This document shows positions 53,833-60,609 of a DNA stretch of 64,000 nt, one piece after another. The stretch is from Deltaproteobacteria bacterium (GTDB lineage Bacteria; Myxococcota_A; UBA796; UBA9615): positions 8-64,007 of the forward strand of contig PBPL01000101.1 in the NCBI GenBank assembly GCA_002724675.1, read 5' to 3'. Position 1 is the stretch's first letter, and the number at the start of each line of letters is the position of its first letter. The notes under the pieces were generated by a model that saw only the letters and a list, made by a program, of their open reading frames with translations, ran no database searches and was not told where the DNA came from. Made by a program: the position numbers and the translations under genes.

Positions 53833-54908
53833 CGCTCATGCTCCAGCGCACGAACTCCTATATCTGCACTCTGGCCGCTCTCGTCGCGGCTGCCGTCTGG
53901 CTGCTCGCCCTGCCTCAGCACACAGAGGCGGCGGGCGCTCGCACTGCATGGGTATCTAGCAACCACATCCAGGTCATTGACCTGGACACGGCTCGGGTCA
54001 TTGGCCGGCTGCCGCTCTCCGAGTTCATCCACGACATGGACTTCAGCGTGGACGGCAACCGCGTGTACGTAGGCAGCAGCAAGGGGCTGCGTGTGGCCGA
54101 TGCCAACGAGCTCCGGTTTGTGCAGCAGGTGTCCACGAGCATGACCAAGGCCGTAGCGGTCTCCAAAGACGGCAGTCGCGTCGCAGCGATTCATCCTGGG
54201 GACCGAGAGGCGACACAGGCAGCCCGGAAAGCTGGCCTTCCCCTCCCCCCCGCCAAGATCACGATCTACTCGACGCTGGACATGAAGGAACAGAGTTCCT
54301 GGCACGTGCACGCCATGACATTCGATGTCCTGTTCGCGCCATCGAACGATCGGGTCTACGTGTTGGTACCCCCCGAGGGCATGGTCTATGTCCACGACTT
54401 GAGTGGGGCAGTTCTCGACACCATTCAGCTCGTACCGAGGAGCCCCGAGGGTTCCCACCAGGGAGCAATGCTGACCTGGATGGCGCTCTCGCCCGATGGC
54501 CGATCGCTGGTGGTCCCCGGCACAACCGCAGACCGATCGTTCGTAGCAGAGGTCGACCTGGGCAACAGACGACCCCTGGATGAACGCGTGGTCCACCAAG
54601 ATCTGGGACACAACCGGAGGATCCAAGGGCTGGCTTGGGACGATGACGGCAGTGGTGTTTACGTCACTGCAGTGAACTCCATGGTCAAGTTCAATGGTCT
54701 CGGTCTTCCCATCGCCTGGGAATCCATGCCGCTCAACTACGTCGACATCGAGCCCATCCCAGGCACCAACGAGAACGTCCTGGTGGCGCCCATCTTCTCC
54801 AAGTCCAACAAGAGCGGGGGGGTCGCCATCTTGGGCGAAAACGGCGAGTTCCTGAGAACGGTGGAGTTGCCCGACATGAGCCCCTACTTCGTGGCTGTCC
54901 GACCCTGA
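53829..54908 (+). CDS. qhpB: Periplasmic 7-bladed beta-propeller protein (QhpB-like beta subunit)
   Basis: GTG 53829 overlaps the precursor stop (GTGA); ATG 53838 is an alternative start. Signal peptide ...ICTLAALVAAAVWLLALPQHTEA-AG. Seven repeats of the pattern hydrophobic strand-D/N-x-turn...(S/D)xDGxRVYV, e.g. IQVIDLDTARVIG...FSVDGNRVYV, LRVADANELRF...VSKDGSRVAA, ALSPDGRSLVV, WDDDGSGVYV. Confidence 0.7.
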   Translation: MTLMLQRTNSYICTLAALVAAAVWLLALPQHTEAAGARTAWVSSNHIQVIDLDTARVIGRLPLSEFIHDMDFSVDGNRVYVGSSKGLRVADANELRFVQQVSTSMTKAVAVSKDGSRVAAIHPGDREATQAARKAGLPLPPAKITIYSTLDMKEQSSWHVHAMTFDVLFAPSNDRVYVLVPPEGMVYVHDLSGAVLDTIQLVPRSPEGSHQGAMLTWMALSPDGRSLVVPGTTADRSFVAEVDLGNRRPLDERVVHQDLGHNRRIQGLAWDDDGSGVYVTAVNSMVKFNGLGLPIAWESMPLNYVDIEPIPGTNENVLVAPIFSKSNKSGGVAILGENGEFLRTVELPDMSPYFVAVRP

Positions 54909-55900
54909 CCACACTCTGCCTACACGCGCCCGACCGGGCGCGGCTGACGCAACTTGAGCAAGCCTCGGACCTTCGTCGGTCGGAGGCTGCCTGGCTATCC
55001 AGTCTGCCCGACTACAGCCGGCTCTATTTTGGGGTCGAGTTCTGCGAGCACCTGCTTCCCAGCGCGGACGACGTGGAGGCCGCTTGCGACTTCTGCAACC
55101 GGCGTCAATGGAAGCTAACGCTGCTGACACCCTACGTAACCGACTGGGGGCTCGAGAAGATCGACCCACTCCTCCAGGCCCTAGACACCATGGCGCCCCA
55201 TGGCACCGAGGTGGTCGTCAACGACTGGGGAGTACTCCGCCAGGTAGCCAACCGCTCCAACGCAGACCTCTTGGTTGTACTGGGCCGAGGGTTGAACCGG
55301 ATGTTCCGCGACCCGAGAGTTCCCGATGTAGGTCCAGAACATCTGGGGGGAGACGCTCCACCGAGCGCTTGGCGTAGCGCGAGCCACCAGAGTCAGGGTT
55401 TCCGAACCATGCTCCGCTCGGCAGGCATCCAACGGATCGAAACGGACATGCCGATGCAAGGTATGCAGGACCTGGACCCCGACGAACAAGACCTGAAGCT
55501 AAGTGTTCACCTGCCCTATGGAATGGTGGCCAGCGGCCGCATCTGCATGATGAGCGCCCTTGGGCAGTCGGCTTCAGTGCGATTCCCCCCACCTCGCGCC
55601 TGCACTGCGCCCTGCCACGACTACACTTTGGAGCTTCGCGCGCCCTGGACGCGTCGAGCGGTTGGAGCAGGCCGGCTACCCCTGGTTGCAGAGGACAGCT
55701 TTCTGCCTCTAGACCACGTGCTCAATCGCCGTCGTAACGCGTTTCCAGCCCACGAGAATGACGACGCACCGAGGTTCATCCAGAAAGGCAACACCCACTT
55801 CTACTGCCTGGACGAGGAGAAGGTGGACAGTGCGCTGGACTGGGTCCACCGCAACCCCACAGCAGACCGCATCGTGGTAGCACCTGACGTGCCCATGTAG
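54905..55900 (+). CDS. Divergent peptidase-U32-family (TIM-barrel) protein, first of a tandem pair; probable CTG start
   Basis: The listed ORF starts at GTG 55073. The same frame is open back to 54902 and encodes TTLCLHAPDRARLTQLEQ...YSRLYFGVEFC, paralogous to the N-terminus of the next gene (QILCPVNSPEEVAPLVDAGADEFYCG), which is the typical U32 start. U32-like core KLTLLTPYV...EVVVNDWGVLRQV...GIQRIETDMP. Cys cluster C-x19-C-x3-C (GRICMM...RACTAPCH). Confidence 0.5.
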   Translation: MTTLCLHAPDRARLTQLEQASDLRRSEAAWLSSLPDYSRLYFGVEFCEHLLPSADDVEAACDFCNRRQWKLTLLTPYVTDWGLEKIDPLLQALDTMAPHGTEVVVNDWGVLRQVANRSNADLLVVLGRGLNRMFRDPRVPDVGPEHLGGDAPPSAWRSASHQSQGFRTMLRSAGIQRIETDMPMQGMQDLDPDEQDLKLSVHLPYGMVASGRICMMSALGQSASVRFPPPRACTAPCHDYTLELRAPWTRRAVGAGRLPLVAEDSFLPLDHVLNRRRNAFPAHENDDAPRFIQKGNTHFYCLDEEKVDSALDWVHRNPTADRIVVAPDVPM

Positions 55901-55928
55901 GCTTGCGAGCCCTAGGACCCAGAGCCCC

Positions 55929-57035
55929 GTGCAAATCCTTTGCCCCGTCAACAGCCCCGAAGAGGTCGCTCCGCTTGTGGATGCAGGGGCGGACGAGTTC
56001 TACTGCGGCCTGTTCCCCACAGAGTGGTACGAAAAGTGGGGTCGTGGGAGCTGGCCTAACCGGCGCGGACCAGGCCCGGCCAACATCAGCAAGATTGACG
56101 ACCTGGCGCGGCTGGCAGACAGCGTGCACACCGCAGGCTCCGGTGGGCCCAACCAGCGGCGAGTTCCACTGTTCGTTGCGCTAAACCAACAGTTCTACCC
56201 AGACGACCAGGCGGACTTCCTCCTGGGGATCGCTCAGGACCTCCAGAGCCGCTCCGCTGTGGACGCCTTCATAGTGAGTGACCCCGGCTTCATGGGCCTC
56301 TTGAAGACTGAGATTCCGGAGGCGCGAGTCTTCTCCTCCACGGTGTCTGTTGCAACCAATGCTCAGGCGGTCCGGTTTCTTGCGGACTTGGGATGCTCCC
56401 GAGTCATCCTGTCCCGTCATCTGCACCTGGCCGAGGTCGAGTCGCTGCAACAATCCGTCCCCGATGTGGAGCTGGAGGTCTTCCTGCTCAACGACAACTG
56501 TTATTTCGAGGAAGGCTTCTGCAGCACGACACACACCATGCCGGGCTTCGGTGTCTACTGCATGACACCGTGGGAGCTGAGAGTCACCCGCGATGATCAG
56601 GGGGGGCAGGGTCTATCCGATCCCGAGGAGCGAGCTCGCTGGGACTTTCTCATCGACGAGCACCGACGCTTCCTGGGCAATCTGTCGCACCGGGGTTTTG
56701 GGGGCGGTCGCGCAGCAGTTCCGCTCGGACCATGCGGACTCTGCGCGATCCCCAAGCTCATGGACCTGGGCATCCACAGCGGCAAGATCGTGGGTAGGGA
56801 GGCCAGCCTGTATCGAAAGATCCGCTCTGTTCAGTCCGTCCGATACGTACGGGACAGCTATCGAGAAACCGGAGATGCTCAAGAGGCAAAGAAGAAGGCA
56901 GTAGAGCTTCGTGCTGACCCACGGGGTTGCAGTAGCGGCATGTCCTGTTACTACCGTAGCGCCCGAGACCGCGACCTCATCCCCCTGCCCTCCCGGAGCA
57001 CCAAGAAGCCGACTCGAAACGCGACCAAGCCATGA
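55929..57035 (+). CDS. Peptidase-U32-family protein, second of the tandem pair
   Basis: GTG start. MQILCPVNSPEEVAPLVDAGADEFYCG, VALNQQFYPDD...DAFIVSDPGFMGLLK, VSVATNAQAVRFLADLGCSRVILSRHLHLAEV and FLLNDNCYFEEGFCSTTHTMPGFGVYC (CX6CX12C), plus PCGLC. This is the U32 architecture with Fe-S-type cysteines, as in the UbiU/UbiV/RlhA family. Confidence 0.65.
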   Translation: MQILCPVNSPEEVAPLVDAGADEFYCGLFPTEWYEKWGRGSWPNRRGPGPANISKIDDLARLADSVHTAGSGGPNQRRVPLFVALNQQFYPDDQADFLLGIAQDLQSRSAVDAFIVSDPGFMGLLKTEIPEARVFSSTVSVATNAQAVRFLADLGCSRVILSRHLHLAEVESLQQSVPDVELEVFLLNDNCYFEEGFCSTTHTMPGFGVYCMTPWELRVTRDDQGGQGLSDPEERARWDFLIDEHRRFLGNLSHRGFGGGRAAVPLGPCGLCAIPKLMDLGIHSGKIVGREASLYRKIRSVQSVRYVRDSYRETGDAQEAKKKAVELRADPRGCSSGMSCYYRSARDRDLIPLPSRSTKKPTRNATKP

Positions 57036-58927
57036 CCTCAAAGGGGTCCCCTCCCCCCTCTCCAGCCTTTGTGCCCGAGGCCATACGGCCGGACTCGGTG
57101 CGCCCAGCCGACACGGAGGTGTCGGAGCACACGAAGGTCCCCTGGAAGCGCGTCTTCAGCTACCTACTGCCCTACTGGAAGGCCGAGGTCCTTCTGGTGC
57201 TCGGTATGGCGATCGGTATTGGGCTCTCCTTGGTCTACCCGTTCCTGCTGCGAGAAATCGTCGACGATGTGGTGGGCCCCGGCGCCTCGGCTGCGACCGA
57301 TCGATTGTTACCCCTTGCCGCCCTCATCCTGGCCGCCACGGCCGGCGGGGTCGTGCTCTCTGCCGCTGCCGCCTGGCTCCAGACCTGGGTCACAGCACAC
57401 GTCCTCGTTGATCTCCGCTTGGAGTTGTTCCAGCACCTTCAGTCATTGGGCCCTGCTTTCTTTGCCCGCAAGCGACTGGGGGACGTCCTGTCTCGCATGG
57501 GAGGAGACCTCGCCGAGCTGCAACAGGTGGCCACCGGAACTCTCATCAATGTCATTGGGTCGGTCGTCACACTCGTGGGAGTCATCACGGCGCTCACCTT
57601 CCTCCAGCCCCTATTGCTTGCCGTAGGCGCGGCGTTCATCCCCATCGCTATCGGCTTACTGGTGCTGCTTCGGCCCATCATCCGGCGCCTGTCTTTGAGG
57701 ATTCGAGAGCGCAACGCTGACATCTCCCATCAGATGTTGGAGAGCCTAACCGGCCTGCGCACGGTCCTGGCCCACGGGCTTGCCGACCGAGAAGCGAAGC
57801 GGTTCGAGGGCAACAACTTGGCGTTGATCCGAGCCGTTCTGCTCTTCCGCCTGTGGAACTCGGGATCAGCCGGCGCCTTCCAGATCCTCGTCACGGCGAA
57901 CCTCCTGGCTGTCCTCGTCGTTGGTGTCTGGCTGATGCGAACGACTGCGATGACCCCAGGCGACCTCGTCGCGTTCCTCCTGTTCCAACAGCGACTCTAC
58001 GGTCCGCTGCAGGGGCTGGCGGGCACTTATGTCAATCTGCAGCGGGCAGCAGCGTCAGTGGCGCGAGTCTTCGAGTTGCGCGACGCCAAGCCCCTGGAGG
58101 CTGCCGACCCGGCCCTGTCCCTCGACGAACCCTTCCAGGGACGCGTCGAGTTCGACAAGGTTTCGTTCCAATACGCTCCCGGACGACGGGTTCTGACCGA
58201 CCTGACGATGCGAGTGGATCCCGGAGAGACCGTGTGCCTGGTCGGCCCCTCAGGAGTGGGCAAGACGACCGTCCTCGAGCTCATGTTTCGATTCGTCGAC
58301 CCCGATGAGGGACGCGTTCTACTGGACGGCATCGATCTTCGAGAACTGGACCTCGACAGCGTTCTGCCCCAGGTCGCGTTGGTAGGCCAAGAGCCCGCGC
58401 TGTTCGATGGCACTCTACGCGACAACCTCCGATGGCTCCGGCCGGACGCGCCAGAGGCCACCATGAACGAAGTGGTCGAGCAAGTGGGCTTGTCGGAGTT
58501 CGTCCGCAGCCTGCCCCAGGGGCTGGAGACTCCTCTCGGCGACCGCGGCATTCGCCTGTCCTCTGGGCAGCGCCAGCGCATCGGGCTCGCCCGCGCGCTT
58601 CTCCGAGAACCCGTCCTCTTGGTGCTGGACGAAGTCACCTCGGCCCTGGACTGGGAGAGTGACCGGCTCGTCGTCGAAGCACTCCAAGCTCGGCGAGCCT
58701 CGGGCTGCACCACCCTGATCATCTCCCACCGCCTGCATCTTGCCGTCGATGCAGACCGAGTCGTCGTACTAGAAGACGGTCACGTGGCGACCACAGGCAC
58801 CCACCTCACCCTGCTCGACCAGGGCGGACTGTACCGCAGACTTTGGGACTTGCAGCGAGGCGCGGCAGAGGCCAGGAGGTCCCCCAGCAGCGGCAGAACA
58901 CACCCCACCGAGGACGGCTCGGCGTGA
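57032..58927 (+). CDS. qhpF: ABC exporter, fused TMD-NBD half transporter (QhpF-like)
   Basis: ATGA overlap with the U32 stop. Six-helix TMD followed by Walker A GPSGVGKTT, signature LSSGQRQRIGLARAL and Walker B LLVLDEVTSALD. Confidence 0.8.
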   Translation: MTSKGSPPPSPAFVPEAIRPDSVRPADTEVSEHTKVPWKRVFSYLLPYWKAEVLLVLGMAIGIGLSLVYPFLLREIVDDVVGPGASAATDRLLPLAALILAATAGGVVLSAAAAWLQTWVTAHVLVDLRLELFQHLQSLGPAFFARKRLGDVLSRMGGDLAELQQVATGTLINVIGSVVTLVGVITALTFLQPLLLAVGAAFIPIAIGLLVLLRPIIRRLSLRIRERNADISHQMLESLTGLRTVLAHGLADREAKRFEGNNLALIRAVLLFRLWNSGSAGAFQILVTANLLAVLVVGVWLMRTTAMTPGDLVAFLLFQQRLYGPLQGLAGTYVNLQRAAASVARVFELRDAKPLEAADPALSLDEPFQGRVEFDKVSFQYAPGRRVLTDLTMRVDPGETVCLVGPSGVGKTTVLELMFRFVDPDEGRVLLDGIDLRELDLDSVLPQVALVGQEPALFDGTLRDNLRWLRPDAPEATMNEVVEQVGLSEFVRSLPQGLETPLGDRGIRLSSGQRQRIGLARALLREPVLLVLDEVTSALDWESDRLVVEALQARRASGCTTLIISHRLHLAVDADRVVVLEDGHVATTGTHLTLLDQGGLYRRLWDLQRGAAEARRSPSSGRTHPTEDGSA

Positions 58928-59658
58928 ACAAGTCCACTACAGACCGAGGTCCTCTGGTCGCTGTCGTGGACAGTGGCGTGGCAGCCGGACACCCGCACTT
59001 GGAAGGCCTACAGTTGCGTTCCTTCTCCCTCGAGGGAGCGGGATCACCACTGGACCGACGGCCAGAGGCATCGGACCGGACAGGGCATGGCACTGCGTGT
59101 GTTGCCGCCCTATACCGGGCGAATCCCCGGGTGGAGGTCCTAGCAATCCGTCTCTTGGATGAAGAGTTGAGAACAACCGCCGAGGCTGTGGCCGAGGCGA
59201 TCCGCGTCGCTGCCGACGAAGGAGCGAAGGTCATCAACCTCAGCCTGGGCTCGGGCAGGGCCGAATCGAGGTCCCTACTGGAGGAGGCCGTGCTGTACGC
59301 CAGGGAGCGGTCAGCACACTGTGTGGCTGCCGCCCACCCAAAGGGACGGCAGCTTTGGCCAGCCGACCTGCCCAGCGTGATCTCAGCGATTAGTCACCGC
59401 AGTTGCCCTCTCAGCGACCTGTATCGTGTGGAGGGGCCACTGCCCCGGTTTCTCGCGCACGGCTATCCACGGCCCATCGAGGGCCGGCCCCCCACCGCCA
59501 ATCTGTACGGCCCATCGTTTGCCGCCATTCACTTGTCAGCAAAGGTTGCGGAGATTCTGACCAGAGACTCCCAGTTGGCATTCTCCGACATCGTCACCTG
59601 CCTGGAAGAGAGCTGTTCCGGCTCCTGGAATGAAACCAGCACTCACCCTAGGTCTTGA
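58924..59658 (+). CDS. qhpE: Cytoplasmic subtilisin-like (S8) serine protease (QhpE-like leader peptidase)
   Basis: GTGA overlap with the ABC stop. Asp block LVAVVDSGV, His block DRTGHGTACVAAL, Asn region VINLSLG, Ser block YGPSFAAIHLSA. No signal peptide. Only 244 aa. Confidence 0.7.
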   Translation: MNKSTTDRGPLVAVVDSGVAAGHPHLEGLQLRSFSLEGAGSPLDRRPEASDRTGHGTACVAALYRANPRVEVLAIRLLDEELRTTAEAVAEAIRVAADEGAKVINLSLGSGRAESRSLLEEAVLYARERSAHCVAAAHPKGRQLWPADLPSVISAISHRSCPLSDLYRVEGPLPRFLAHGYPRPIEGRPPTANLYGPSFAAIHLSAKVAEILTRDSQLAFSDIVTCLEESCSGSWNETSTHPRS

Positions 59659-59683
59659 CCGACCCCTCCCAGCCCGATAAACG

Positions 59684-60562
59684 GTGTACATGTCTCCCGC
59701 ACCTGACGAACCGAGCTTCGAAGACGCTGAAGAGGCGTTCGAGCGTGGCGACGTCGAGACTGCCCTGGCGATCTGTGAGGGCTACCTCGGCGAAGACGAG
59801 TCCAAGGCACCCGTCGAGGCCCTCTACTTAGCTGCAGAGTGTCTCCTGGAGCTCCAGGAGGTCACCGAAGCGACCCACATGATCGACCTGGCCTTGAACG
59901 AGCACCCAGACGACGCCGTGCTGGTACACACGAAAGCCATTTGCTGCTTCGAGCAAGCCAAGCTCGAAGATGCTCGGAAGGGCTTCGAGAGAGCCGCGAA
60001 CCTGGACGACCAACTGGGGGAGCCGCTGTTCTACCTAGGCATCCTGACCGAACGAGACGGTGACTTCGGCGCAGCAGACCGCCTCTTTGAGCACGGTGTT
60101 CGCTTGGACCCCGAGAACCTGTCCCTGCCGGTCGATTGGCCGGCCGACAAGGTTCGCCAGATCTTCGATGAGGTGGTCGAAGAGATGCCAGATCCTTTTG
60201 GCATGTGGCTGGCTGGTCTGCGCGTGGACGTGGCCGACCTTCCCGACGACGCTGCTCTGGCTGCCGCAGAGGGACCCATCTCCCCACTCGTTCACTGTCT
60301 CTTTGACGGGCCAGCACCAAGCCCTCCGGCGGAGAAGACGGACCCCGACGAGTGGCTTACGACCCACCCGAGCCGCGTCCGACTGTTTCGACGCAACCTG
60401 GGCAAGAGCGCCCACGACGAGTACGAGCTACACCGAGAGATACTCGAAGCTCTCCTCTGGGAATCCATGGAGTTCCTGGGCCTCGACGAGGGACACCTGG
60501 CCAAGCTCGGTATCCTCGACGACGAGGACGACGAGGCGCTGCTCCCGGGCAAGCCCCACTAG
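59684..60562 (+). CDS. TPR-repeat protein fused to a degenerate Zincin_1 (DUF1025-like) domain that lacks the HExxH histidines
   Basis: N-terminal TPR-like helices (AEEAFERGDVETALAICEGYL..., AICCFEQAKLEDARKGFERAANLD..., LFYLGILTERDGDFGAADRLFEHGVRLDP). The C-terminus VRLFRRNLGKSA...REILEALLWESMEFLGLDEGHLAKLG aligns with the ...VLHEIGHHFGLDEEDL..LG family motif, but W/E/F replace the His ligands. 25 nt after qhpE-like, and the last gene before a strong hairpin. Confidence 0.55.
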   Translation: MYMSPAPDEPSFEDAEEAFERGDVETALAICEGYLGEDESKAPVEALYLAAECLLELQEVTEATHMIDLALNEHPDDAVLVHTKAICCFEQAKLEDARKGFERAANLDDQLGEPLFYLGILTERDGDFGAADRLFEHGVRLDPENLSLPVDWPADKVRQIFDEVVEEMPDPFGMWLAGLRVDVADLPDDAALAAAEGPISPLVHCLFDGPAPSPPAEKTDPDEWLTTHPSRVRLFRRNLGKSAHDEYELHREILEALLWESMEFLGLDEGHLAKLGILDDEDDEALLPGKPH

Positions 60563-60563
60563 T

Positions 60564-60586
60564 CTCAGATGGGCAGACCATCTGAG
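60564..60586. terminator. 9-bp perfect hairpin between convergent genes (candidate bidirectional terminator; 3' boundary of the qhp-like operon)
   Basis: CTCAGATGG-GCAGA-CCATCTGAG, starting 2 nt after the TPR gene stop and 24 nt before the stop of the minus-strand lipoprotein gene. No U-tract. Confidence 0.45.
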
Positions 60587-60609
60587 TCGCGAACAGGCTG
60601 GGTAGGTCG

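Noticed and set aside
52074-60562. Impression that the qhp-like operon has slightly lower GC or different codon usage than the nuo region, which would hint at horizontal acquisition.
   Set aside because: I could not compute windowed GC, GC3 or codon adaptation reliably by eye. A sliding-window GC/GC3 and tetranucleotide analysis would be needed, so I make no claim.
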